Shown here: positions 55,411 to 64,000 of the stretch, piece by piece | Numbering within the stretch: position 1 is the stretch's first letter | How the letters are laid out: each line of letters begins with the position of its first letter | DNA from: Candidatus Ornithoclostridium excrementipullorum | Lineage (GTDB): Bacteria; Bacillota; Clostridia; Christensenellales; UBA3700 | Assembly (NCBI GenBank): GCA_018716085.1 | Contig: DVKK01000047.1 | Span: forward strand, 908 to 64,907 | DNA: 64,000 bases | Direction of reading: 5' to 3' | The notes under the pieces: model-generated | Database searches by the model: none | What the model was told of the DNA's origin: nothing | The model's input: only the letters and a program-made list of their open reading frames with translations | Made by a program: the position numbers and the translations under genes

Positions 55411-56550
55411 ATGGAGAACCTAATGTCAAGAATCGTCGCGTTGGCGGAACGTCTTACCGTCGCCAAGGATCTGGGACCGGAAAGAGATTATACCGAGAAG
55501 GGGCGCATCAGGAAAGTATTCTCTACGATGAGCGAACACAAGCTCGGAATGCTTGCGGTCAATCTGGTGACCGCGCTTTTTGCCGCGCCGCTGATAGTGA
55601 TGTTCTTCGTGCTGATGACGATGTACGAAGATCTGTCGATCGCGGAGGCGGGTTTCAACTTCTCGGGTTTCATAGGGATAGGATACGGACTCACCGACGA
55701 TACCGTCGCCGGTATCAACATGATATACGGGATAAGACAGGACTTTTTCCTTTATTTCTTCACGCCGTCCATGATGATACTGTCGATAGGCGTTGCGGGC
55801 GCTTATCACTGCATCCGCAACTGGCTGTGGGGCGTGGAGGTCAAGCCCAAGCACTGGTTCCGCGGCGTAAAACTGCATTGGTGGAAGTTCCTTTCGGCGT
55901 TCACGTTTATGGGGCTCGTGGGGACCAACGCCGCGTATTCCACGATCGAGCTCATGCGCCTCATGAGTACGGTCGGATCCGCGCACGCCGGCATTTGGAT
56001 ATGGTGTATCACCGCGTTGCTGCTCGCGGTGCTTACGATATTGTTCGTCAGTATGTGGCTGCCCTTGTCGGTTATGTTCAAAGTGGGATACGGCGACAGT
56101 ATCAAGAACGCCGTGCTCTGCATACTGATCACGGGGATCGTCAACGTCGTCGTTGCGGTGGTGCTCATCGCGCCGCTGTTCCTGTCGATGGTCAACATAC
56201 TCAACTATATAATTTACGTTGCGATGTTGTTCTACGGAGGATCGTTCTACATCACCTGCAATCTTTCGTTCGGTATGTTCGCGGGAGATATGACGCTCAA
56301 CACTCTGTACGAGTACGAACAGAAACAGAGTATGCAGCAGAAAAAGAGCGGCAAGGATAAGCGCCGCGCAAAGACGGACAAGAACAAAGACCGCGTCGTT
56401 GCCGACGCGGCTCCCGCGCCGACCGCGGCTCCCGAAGCGGAGATACCCGTGCCGAACGCGCCCGCCGAGGACAACGGCCGCGATCGCAACAAGCCCGTCA
56501 ACAGACAGAATAACGGCGCGAAGCGCAAGCCCAAATACAGACGCAAATGA
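55411..56550 (+). CDS. polytopic membrane protein with Lys/Arg-rich C-terminal tail, unknown function
   Basis: About 6 TM helices, then QQKKSGKDKRRAKTDKNKDR...NGAKRKPKYRRK. The alternative start ATG 55423 has better SD spacing. Confidence 0.65.
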   Translation: MENLMSRIVALAERLTVAKDLGPERDYTEKGRIRKVFSTMSEHKLGMLAVNLVTALFAAPLIVMFFVLMTMYEDLSIAEAGFNFSGFIGIGYGLTDDTVAGINMIYGIRQDFFLYFFTPSMMILSIGVAGAYHCIRNWLWGVEVKPKHWFRGVKLHWWKFLSAFTFMGLVGTNAAYSTIELMRLMSTVGSAHAGIWIWCITALLLAVLTILFVSMWLPLSVMFKVGYGDSIKNAVLCILITGIVNVVVAVVLIAPLFLSMVNILNYIIYVAMLFYGGSFYITCNLSFGMFAGDMTLNTLYEYEQKQSMQQKKSGKDKRRAKTDKNKDRVVADAAPAPTAAPEAEIPVPNAPAEDNGRDRNKPVNRQNNGAKRKPKYRRK

Positions 56551-57260
56551 CGGCGTATTCGGCGTTGGCGCGCTGGTACGACCGTCTTATGGGCGATTTC
56601 GATTACGACGGCTATCTGCGTTTTCTTGACGGAAAACTTTGCGGCAGCGGAGTCGATCTCGCCTGCGGGACAGGCAGGATGACCGTGGAGCTGGCATCCG
56701 CGGGGCTGGACGTGATCGGAGCCGACGTAAGCGCCGAGATGCTCAACGTCGCGGTGAACAACGCGGCGGAGCGCGGCGTATCGGCGACCTGGGTCGCCTG
56801 CGATATGAAGACGTTTTCGCCCGCCGAGAAAAAGGACTTTTGCGTATGCGTCTGCGACGGGTTCAATTATCTGACGCCCGCGTCGCTGAAAAGGACGATC
56901 GCAAGGATAGCGGGCTGGCTTAAAAAGGGCGGCAGACTGGTGTTCGACGTGTCGAGCGAGCACAAGCTGCGCGACGTGATAGGCGACAATATGTTTTTCG
57001 AGGAATACGAAGATCTTTCCTATTTCTGGGACAACCGCTTCGCCAAAGGCGCGTGCGATATGCGCCTTGTCTTTTTCGAAAGAAAAGAGAGCGGACTTTA
57101 CGAAAGATACGAAGAGGAACACAGACAATACGCGCATCCGAGGGAATATATCGAAAGCTGTCTTTCCGGGCTTTTCGATCACAGCGTGTCGGACGGCGCC
57201 GATTTCGGCAGAGCGAGGAAGAATTCCGAGCGGCTGCTGTTCGATTGTATCAGGAGATGA
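56547..57260 (+). CDS. class I SAM-dependent methyltransferase
   Basis: Motif I VDLACGTGRMT. ATGA overlap with the upstream gene. Confidence 0.8.
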   Translation: MTAYSALARWYDRLMGDFDYDGYLRFLDGKLCGSGVDLACGTGRMTVELASAGLDVIGADVSAEMLNVAVNNAAERGVSATWVACDMKTFSPAEKKDFCVCVCDGFNYLTPASLKRTIARIAGWLKKGGRLVFDVSSEHKLRDVIGDNMFFEEYEDLSYFWDNRFAKGACDMRLVFFERKESGLYERYEEEHRQYAHPREYIESCLSGLFDHSVSDGADFGRARKNSERLLFDCIRR

Positions 57261-57265
57261 TTCAT

Positions 57266-58129
57266 ATGGACATACTCAATCGTTCGATACTGTTCGGGGG
57301 CAAGGCGATAGTCAGCGCTCTCGACGTTACCGATACCGCGCGGAAGGCGCGCGAAATACACGGATTTTCCGTTGCGGCGTGCAGAGCCTTTTCCAAGGCT
57401 TTGACCGTTGCGGCGTTCATGAGCGCCGGATTCAAGGGGCTGGACAACAAGCTGACCGTGATCATCGAAGGCGGCGGAGCGGGAGGCAGGATCGTGCTTG
57501 CCGGAGAGGCTGGCGCCAAAGTCCGCGGATATATGGAAGATCCGCAGTGCCTTGCCGACAGACCCGAAGCGCCCGTCCGCGACGTGGTGGGCAGGGACGG
57601 CAATCTCGTAGTGATCAAGGATTTCGGGCTCAAAGAGCCGTACAACGGTTACAGCAGGATAGTCAACGGCAGCATTGACGCCGACTTCGCATATTATTTT
57701 ACTCAGTCGGAGCAGCTTCCGTCCGCGGTCGCGACGGGCGTGAATTTCGACGGGAACGGGCGGCTCGTGGCTGCGGGCGGCATAATAGTCCAGCCCATGC
57801 CGAATTGCGACGACGGGATAATCACGATGTTGCAGGACATAGTGACTGATTTTGCGGATATCGACGACAAAGTGGCGCAGTTTACGCCGCAGGAGCTTAT
57901 AGAGGCGAAGTTCGGGCATTTCGAAAAGAGCGATCTGGAACCCGTCTATCCCGAATACCGCTGCGACTGTTCGCGCGAGCGTACGGCGGCGGCGATAAGG
58001 ATGCTCGGAGAGTCCGAGGCGCGCACGGTGGTCGCCGAGATGGGCAGGATAGAAGTCTGCTGCGATTTTTGCGGCAAGAAGTACGTTTTCGGCGACGAAG
58101 ACGTCCGCGGTTTGTTCAAGGAGGACTGA
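57266..58129 (+). CDS. hslO: Hsp33 redox-regulated chaperone
   Basis: C-terminal zinc centre CDCSRER...CCDFCGKKY and an Hsp33-type N-domain. Start is at ATG 57266 after AGGAG. Confidence 0.9.
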   Translation: MDILNRSILFGGKAIVSALDVTDTARKAREIHGFSVAACRAFSKALTVAAFMSAGFKGLDNKLTVIIEGGGAGGRIVLAGEAGAKVRGYMEDPQCLADRPEAPVRDVVGRDGNLVVIKDFGLKEPYNGYSRIVNGSIDADFAYYFTQSEQLPSAVATGVNFDGNGRLVAAGGIIVQPMPNCDDGIITMLQDIVTDFADIDDKVAQFTPQELIEAKFGHFEKSDLEPVYPEYRCDCSRERTAAAIRMLGESEARTVVAEMGRIEVCCDFCGKKYVFGDEDVRGLFKED

Positions 58130-59889
58130 TGGGCAAAATAGTCAGAATACCCACGAAAGAAACGGGATCGTGGCTCGAAAATCTCGCTCTTGCGCACAAT
58201 CTTCTCGACGAAGACAAGCCCGAGGAGTGCCTTGTCCTGCTCAATAAGCTCGAATACGACGGCACCGACGCCGAGATGCTGCGCGGAAAGGCTTTTTTCG
58301 CGCTGCGCAATCACGCTTTGTCCAACTATCACTTTTTCAAAGCCATCAAGTCCTATCTGTCAAAGGGCGGCAAGATGACGGACGCGTTTCTTGCCCAGAC
58401 CGTTTCCAACGTCGTGTATAATTGCGTCGAACTCAAAAAATACGAGGCGGCGGCGTACTATCTCGCGGTGAGCAAACGCCGTGCGGACGCGGGCGACAAG
58501 AGCGAAAGCAAATATTCCATCGAAAACGCATTTACCGAATTTGCGCTGACCGAGAGGGTGCGCAGCGCGTCGGACGACGACATATCTTTGGATATTCTGC
58601 CCGATATGGACCTTTTCGGCAAATTCGTAAAGGTCAAAAAGCATACCGCGAAGGGACAATACGACAAAGCCATAAAGATATTGAAAGATCTGCTCCCGAA
58701 TGCGGGCGAATATACGCTGACCATACGGCTGATGCTGGCGCGGTGTTATTACGACAACTGCGACTACGAGGAGTGTATATCCGAATGCCGCGGGGTGCTG
58801 AACGAATTTCCGACCAACGTAAAGGCGCAGTGTCTGCTGTGCAAGAGCGCGGTAAGATCGGACGAGAACGCGCTTGCGGAGGCGACCGCAGACAAACTCG
58901 TTGCCGAAGGCGGGATCGAGGACAACGACGATATATACGATATAGCGGAACTGTTCATTGAGCTTAAATACTACAAGCGGTTGCTCGATTATTCCGAAAG
59001 GCTGATCGAATACGACGACGGCGATTATCTGTTCGTAAAGATAAACGCGCTCGCGCTGCATCTGAACGGAGATACGCTGCGCGCTCTCAAAATACTCAAC
59101 AGACAGGCGAGCCTTTTCGGCGAGAGCGACGACGCGCGGTTCATCGTTTATTATATGAAAAACTATCCCGACGCGGAGATATATCCGGAACTGGAAACTT
59201 TCTATCCCGACGAGATGGACGCCGAAATGAACGATCGCATGACCAAATGCAAGGATCTTGCGGAAAACGTAGAAACGGATAAGGACGCGGAGAAGTTCGC
59301 GCGAATGCTGGACGAGAACGCTTTGGCGATAGATTACGTGGCGAGATACGGCGCGTCGGGCGAAGAGGGCAACTGGGACTATCTCACGATAGTCGAGGAA
59401 CTTGCGCTGAATTCCGCTTCGTACGACCGCAAACAGATAGAGAGGCTGGAAGACAGACTTCTGGACGAAGATCTCGCGCTCGAAATACGCGAAATGACGA
59501 TGCACGCGCTATTGCTGGACGAAGAGCGTTATTTCGTCTACTACGTCAACAACGGCAAACTGTATCGGGCGGACAGACGGCTTCCCGCCGAACTCGACGC
59601 GCTGCCGCGTAAATTCGACGCGTTCATCGAGGCGTACAGGCTCATGAAGTGCAAGCTCGCACTGCGTTACCGCAACGAGCCGTACAAGCTGGACGACGCC
59701 GCCTGCGCGATCGCGAAGGCGCTCAAAAAGCGCAAACTTACCGAAAAAATATCTTCGCCGCTGACGTACGTCAAGATGTTCAAGTTTTTCATCGACAACT
59801 ACGATTACGACAACGGCGAGGAGCTTGCGGCGGCGGTCTGCGATCTCGACGCGGTCGAAAACGTCGATATCGACGATCTGATGGGATAG
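58129..59889 (+). CDS. helical-repeat (TPR-like) protein, unknown function
   Basis: Helix-rich repeats with periodic A/Y/L. The ATG overlaps the hslO stop. Confidence 0.55.
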   Translation: MGKIVRIPTKETGSWLENLALAHNLLDEDKPEECLVLLNKLEYDGTDAEMLRGKAFFALRNHALSNYHFFKAIKSYLSKGGKMTDAFLAQTVSNVVYNCVELKKYEAAAYYLAVSKRRADAGDKSESKYSIENAFTEFALTERVRSASDDDISLDILPDMDLFGKFVKVKKHTAKGQYDKAIKILKDLLPNAGEYTLTIRLMLARCYYDNCDYEECISECRGVLNEFPTNVKAQCLLCKSAVRSDENALAEATADKLVAEGGIEDNDDIYDIAELFIELKYYKRLLDYSERLIEYDDGDYLFVKINALALHLNGDTLRALKILNRQASLFGESDDARFIVYYMKNYPDAEIYPELETFYPDEMDAEMNDRMTKCKDLAENVETDKDAEKFARMLDENALAIDYVARYGASGEEGNWDYLTIVEELALNSASYDRKQIERLEDRLLDEDLALEIREMTMHALLLDEERYFVYYVNNGKLYRADRRLPAELDALPRKFDAFIEAYRLMKCKLALRYRNEPYKLDDAACAIAKALKKRKLTEKISSPLTYVKMFKFFIDNYDYDNGEELAAAVCDLDAVENVDIDDLMG

Positions 59890-59935
59890 TATAAAACCGC
59901 AGCGCTATGCGGACGATATTCGCACGGAGAGAATT

Positions 59936-60640
59936 ATGGTGACGTTCGAAGACGTAAAAAACAACAGCGAGATACAGGCGCTCATAAAGGGCGCCAGCCA
60001 CGTGCTGAACGTGATGAACTATACCGAACACGGACTGCGCCACGTCGGTTACGTGTCGCGCACCGCGCACATGATACTGAAAAAGCTCGGCTTTGACGAC
60101 AAGACCGCGGAATTGGCTAAGATAGCGGGATATATCCACGATGTAGGCAACATGATAAACCGCAAGAATCACGGCATAACCGCCGCGACGCTCGTCTATC
60201 CGATATTACGCGATATGGGGATGCTGTTGGACGACGTGTGCGAGATATGTTCCGCCGTGGGAAACCATGAGGAGGAGATCGGCTGGGTCGTCAATCCGAT
60301 AGCGGCGGCATTGATAATAGCCGACAAGTCCGACGCCCACCGTACGAGAGTAAAAAGGATAAACCAACATTTCGACGACATTCACGATCGGGTCAATTAT
60401 TCCATACGCAAAAACATCGTTCTGGTGGACAGCGAAACCAAGATAATAAGCATAAAGTTCTATATGGACAATTCCTCGTCCGTAATGGATTATCTGAAGA
60501 TATTCCTGCCGCGCATGGTCATGTGCGAAAAAGCCGCCAATTTTCTCGGGTGCGCTTTCAGGCTATATATCAACGACATAATAATCAATACCGTGAGGCA
60601 GATGACCACGTCTCAGATCGACGACGCCGAAGAAGAATAA
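59936..60640 (+). CDS. HD-domain phosphohydrolase
   Basis: H...HD signature EHGLRHV ... GYIHDVGN. Confidence 0.8.
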   Translation: MVTFEDVKNNSEIQALIKGASHVLNVMNYTEHGLRHVGYVSRTAHMILKKLGFDDKTAELAKIAGYIHDVGNMINRKNHGITAATLVYPILRDMGMLLDDVCEICSAVGNHEEEIGWVVNPIAAALIIADKSDAHRTRVKRINQHFDDIHDRVNYSIRKNIVLVDSETKIISIKFYMDNSSSVMDYLKIFLPRMVMCEKAANFLGCAFRLYINDIIINTVRQMTTSQIDDAEEE

Positions 60641-60786
60641 AACGTATGCCCGTGCGGCGCGGCGCGATCCCGTTTTTTCGGGAGGCGCTTTTTTTTGCGG
60701 CGGTCGCGTGCGTCTGTACGATTATTTTGCGGAAAGCCGTTGAATTTTGTCAAATATTATCAATTATTAACAATTATTATCTATTA

Positions 60787-61551
60787 TTATTTAATATCGA
60801 CGGAGGAGTTGTCCTTTCGGGAGGATACGAAGCGCGCGACGACGGCAAGAGCCGTGCAGACGAATCCCGAAACGATATAGTACGTTTTGAGCGGCGTCAG
60901 CAGAGAAAGCAGGAACAATGCCGTTGCGCAGGCGGCAAATCGGTACGAGTTCTTTGCTGAAAAGACCGCATAGACGAACGCTTTGGAGAAGAATCGCGTT
61001 TTTGCCGCGGTCGCGCGGGGAACGAGTCCTTGCTTTTTTGCGCGGCGGTAGATGTTTCGGAACGTAAGTATATAAATCGGACAGGCGGGGAGGCTTCTCG
61101 CAAGGGCGTCCGTCTGTTTGTCGTAATCCACGCAGACGACGAACCCTCTTTTGGCGCCCGCTTCGGCGAACTTTTTGTAATAGCTTATGACCGAGTCGCC
61201 CGAAGGTTTCGCGAGTTTTAAGTGCAAAGCTGCGGCAGCGTCGCCGAATACGAATATCCCGTCTTTCTTTACCGCGTCGGGATACAGTGCGGAGAATATC
61301 TTATCGGCATATCCGTCGTCGAGCAGACAATATGTAACGAAATCCCGATAAGCCGCGTGTTTTTCTCCGCGTTTTTTTACTACCGCGGCAAAAGCGAGCG
61401 CCGCGGCCGCCAATGCCGCAAGCGCGGCGGCTCCGCGAAGCCAAAAAGAATCCGTCGCGAATCCCGTCAGCAAAAACGTCGATACGAACACTCCGAAGAG
61501 TATGAAAAAGCCGTCGATATATCTGTTCATAGCAGAAATTATCGACGGCAA
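60787..61551 (-). CDS. membrane protein with a central soluble domain, unknown function
   Basis: Two N-terminal and two C-terminal TM helices flank a ~110-aa soluble segment. The start (TTG 61551 or ATG 61530) is uncertain. Confidence 0.5.
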   Translation of the reverse strand: MPSIISAMNRYIDGFFILFGVFVSTFLLTGFATDSFWLRGAAALAALAAAALAFAAVVKKRGEKHAAYRDFVTYCLLDDGYADKIFSALYPDAVKKDGIFVFGDAAAALHLKLAKPSGDSVISYYKKFAEAGAKRGFVVCVDYDKQTDALARSLPACPIYILTFRNIYRRAKKQGLVPRATAAKTRFFSKAFVYAVFSAKNSYRFAACATALFLLSLLTPLKTYYIVSGFVCTALAVVARFVSSRKDNSSVDIK

Positions 61552-61652
61552 ATGCTTCGATTATACTTAGTTCGGCGCCGCGGCGTCCGCCACGTTTCGA
61601 GGCGAGGCATATGCCTCCGCAAGGGCGGAACGCCCCGATGCGCCTTAGAGCG

Positions 61653-62231
61653 TTACTCGGGCAGGTGCGACAGGAACGAAAGCGTAGTGTCTACGCAGCC
61701 GTCTATGCCTATCAGTCCGCTGTCGAGGCAAAGATGATGATTTTCCGCAAGTCCCCACTTTTTGTAGGTGTAGAATTCGTAGTATTTTTTGCGTTTTTTA
61801 TCTATGCTCTTGACGTGCGCTTCCATTTTTTCGGGCGGGACGTCCAGACCGAGTTTGTTTTTGCGCTCCACGCGTTTTTCGAGATCGGCGTGGATGTATA
61901 TCTTTACCGAATCGTCCAGGATCGCGTCGGCGCAGCGCCCGAGTATCACGCAAGGTCCGCGCTTTGCCAACTCTTTTATCACGTTGGACTGCGCGATATA
62001 GATCTGATCCGACATGGGCATGAAGTATGCCGAATAAAAGATCCCCGACAGCATATTGGGCGCGCTCTCTTCGTGGTGGGTCATGAATTCTTCGCACATC
62101 GAGCTGTCTTTTGCCGCCATCGAAATAAGATCTTTGTCATAGAAAGGGATATCGAGAGCTTTTGCCAGTTTTTTGCCGAACTCTCTTCCTCCGCTTCCGA
62201 ATTGACGGCTTACGGTAATTACTTTGTTCAC
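61653..62231 (-). CDS. cytidylate-kinase-like family P-loop protein
   Basis: N-terminus VITVSRQFGSGGREFGKKLAKALDIPFYDKDLI is typical of the cytidylate-kinase-like family. GTG start follows GGAGG. Confidence 0.75.
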   Translation of the reverse strand: MNKVITVSRQFGSGGREFGKKLAKALDIPFYDKDLISMAAKDSSMCEEFMTHHEESAPNMLSGIFYSAYFMPMSDQIYIAQSNVIKELAKRGPCVILGRCADAILDDSVKIYIHADLEKRVERKNKLGLDVPPEKMEAHVKSIDKKRKKYYEFYTYKKWGLAENHHLCLDSGLIGIDGCVDTTLSFLSHLPE

Positions 62232-62483
62232 GTCTTTTACCTCCTCGTACGCCTTCTTAAATATATTAAATCACCGCCGAAGATATTTGTCAATAGCGGA
62301 TCCGCAAAATCGCGCCCGAAATACCGCTCTCTCCGAGCGCGAAGCGTACTTCGGAGCCGCAGAGAAGTGACAAAAAAGAAGATTTATAATTATTTGTCAA
62401 GTATCGTTATGTAAAATTTATCTGTAAGATATTGACAAAAAAAACCGCGTATAATATAATATTATCGCTAGAGGGGGCTACAA

Positions 62484-62603
62484 ATGCAAAAGGTCACTAT
62501 AGTCTACAAAAGATTTTTATATACAAAAGATGCGATAAGGTCTAAAACCTCATATACCGAAGAATTTTGCAAAAGTAAAAAATCGGAGGAGCTACAGTTA
62601 TGA
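62484..62603 (+). CDS. 39-codon upstream ORF coupled to the peptidase gene (below the ORF-track cutoff)
   Basis: GAGGGGG lies 6 nt upstream of ATG 62484. The product is MQKVTIVYKRFLYTKDAIRSKTSYTEEFCKSKKSEELQL. Its TGA overlaps the peptidase ATG (ATGA at 62600..62603). Confidence 0.4.
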   Translation: MQKVTIVYKRFLYTKDAIRSKTSYTEEFCKSKKSEELQL

Positions 62604-64000
62604 GCAAAACAGGTAAAAGAACCATCGTATCGCTTATGGTCGTCGTAATGTTCGCATTGGCGGCGGCAATGATCATCGGCTATGCGGCGGAAACCGTCGC
62701 CGAAACCAATTCCGTGACCGCGGTCCTGAATTCCGGCGCGAAAGACGAGATAGTTGGACTTATCTCGCAGAGAAGAAGCGATTATTCCGAAAAGATATCG
62801 TCGGTTTTCCGACAGAACGGCTTGACGACGGCGAGCACTTTGTCGACGTCCGAGGCGTTCTATGCTGTGACGGAAAAGAGGTCGATGGTCATCAAAGATT
62901 TCGACGGAAGTTATGCGTATCTGTATATGGAATTGCTTCCGTCGGGATATGCGATATACGATATCGCGAAGTCCGAATTGCTGGAAAGCGCTGACGTGGG
63001 CAGCGGCCCGTACGAGGGATATTCCGACGGATCGGCTCTGTATTACGGAGGACCCGGTAATTATTACGTAAAGAACGGATCGACGTATACGGATATTTCT
63101 GGCGGAGGTTCTGTCGGCAGCGAGGCGGCGGAATATTTCGCGCAGAGAATGGACGAGGTCAGGCAGAGATTGGCGCAAGATGAAGTTGTTTCAGCAACGA
63201 ACGCAGGCGTTTCTGTCGCCGCAGCCAACAGCAGCACGCTCCATCTTCTCGGTGAAGAGTCCAATATAAGCACTCTTTGCGATGATGCCATGTACTACTT
63301 CCTGCTGCTTTACGGCTTGGAAGCCGGTATTTTTGATTCTTCTCAGGAAGGTTGGATATGTTCGTATTATGATTTTCAATCGGAATTCGGTAACGGAGGA
63401 TCAGATTTGGTATTTGCAAATAATATCTATGGTTCCTGTACTACAGTTGCAATGGGGATCGTCCTGCAATATTACGAAAGACTCGGACTTGCAGATACCG
63501 TGCCGAGCGATATCAGCGGATTCCATAATATGTACGATCCTAAAGTTAAAGATCCGGATGTTAAATTGTCACAGATTTCCCGATCTAGCGCTGTTGCGGA
63601 ATATCTACATCAGGAGCTGCTGTACGAGATTTTCCCCGAATACAGGAATACGCCTTCTTCATCGTTGACATCTACGACGTTTGGATTATCTCTTTACGAT
63701 ATGAGATACGCGATAGAAGATTATTTTGCTGAGTTCTCGTTGCCTTCATACAGCGTAACGCACAATCTGCTTTGGTTGGGAGGTCCAGAAGGTAAGATTG
63801 TTAAAGGCAACCCTGTAATACTCGGTTTTGAAGGTGCTTATGAAGACGCATCAGGAAACGGAGGTACCGTAGGTGCACATTCGGTGGTAGCTTATGCTTA
63901 TACCACGACAAAAGTAGGCATAATAGACTCGTTAGATGATTTCATGGTGAACTTTGGATGGTATGACGGCAACTATGGTCAAATATACATAGATAAGTCG
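62600..64000 (+). CDS. secreted/membrane-anchored papain-fold cysteine peptidase, streptopain-like (C10 family), 3' end outside the window
   Basis: My own translation is open from ATG 62600 to the window end. Signal/anchor VSLMVVVMFALAAAMIIG. Cys region NIYGSCTTVAMGIVLQYYE, His region GAHSVVAYAY, then NFGWYDGNYG, matching the C10 order. GGAGGA SD is upstream. Confidence 0.75.
   Translation, partial: MSKTGKRTIVSLMVVVMFALAAAMIIGYAAETVAETNSVTAVLNSGAKDEIVGLISQRRSDYSEKISSVFRQNGLTTASTLSTSEAFYAVTEKRSMVIKDFDGSYAYLYMELLPSGYAIYDIAKSELLESADVGSGPYEGYSDGSALYYGGPGNYYVKNGSTYTDISGGGSVGSEAAEYFAQRMDEVRQRLAQDEVVSATNAGVSVAAANSSTLHLLGEESNISTLCDDAMYYFLLLYGLEAGIFDSSQEGWICSYYDFQSEFGNGGSDLVFANNIYGSCTTVAMGIVLQYYERLGLADTVPSDISGFHNMYDPKVKDPDVKLSQISRSSAVAEYLHQELLYEIFPEYRNTPSSSLTSTTFGLSLYDMRYAIEDYFAEFSLPSYSVTHNLLWLGGPEGKIVKGNPVILGFEGAYEDASGNGGTVGAHSVVAYAYTTTKVGIIDSLDDFMVNFGWYDGNYGQIYIDKS

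Noticed and set aside
60740-60790. AT-rich run with repeated ATTATT units (caattattaacaattattatctattattatt), resembling a stretch at 18411..18450
   Set aside because: It is a low-complexity AT repeat in a convergent intergenic gap. The similarity to the other region is limited to short AT words and is not evidence of homology.

Overview
64-kb chromosomal window from a moderately GC-rich anaerobic Firmicutes/Clostridia-like bacterium. Core genes run about 55-60% GC by hand counts on sample lines. Supporting traits are GGAGG Shine-Dalgarno sites, a split transketolase, class III RNR nrdDG with NrdR-type boxes, an L-box riboswitch and Hsp33. I support about 50 protein genes, one tmRNA, one tRNA-Ser(CGA) and one lysine riboswitch. 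I saw no rRNA, CRISPR array, transposase or reverse transcriptase. Core content: serS, leuS, proS, nrdDG, cysK, comFC, asd-dapA-dapB, transketolase, hslO, several glycoside hydrolases (two GH2, one GH13), transporters, and a response regulator/ABC/histidine kinase module. Accessory or unusual content: (1) the lower-GC edge of a serine-recombinase element abutting ssrA (1..2661). (2) A giant 1723-aa lipoprotein translationally coupled to a membrane-anchored partner. (3) A patchy islet downstream of tRNA-Ser (17.9-23.5 kb). It holds AT-rich non-coding DNA, a stand-alone HxxxDG acyltransferase, and a ~430-bp direct repeat that pairs a decayed copy with an intact copy of an LMW-phosphatase gene. 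The repeat brackets an XRE/lipoprotein/membrane-protein cassette. (4) A 615-aa fusion of a GtrA-like membrane domain, acidic and KKPAAKK-type repeats, and two YegP/DUF1508 domains. (5) A streptopain-like (C10) peptidase gene preceded by a coupled 39-codon uORF and showing an internal compositional break. My best candidates for something undescribed are items 4 and 3, then 2 and 5. I found no recognisable defence, toxin or secretion machinery. All functional calls rest on motif recognition by eye; nothing was searched against databases.
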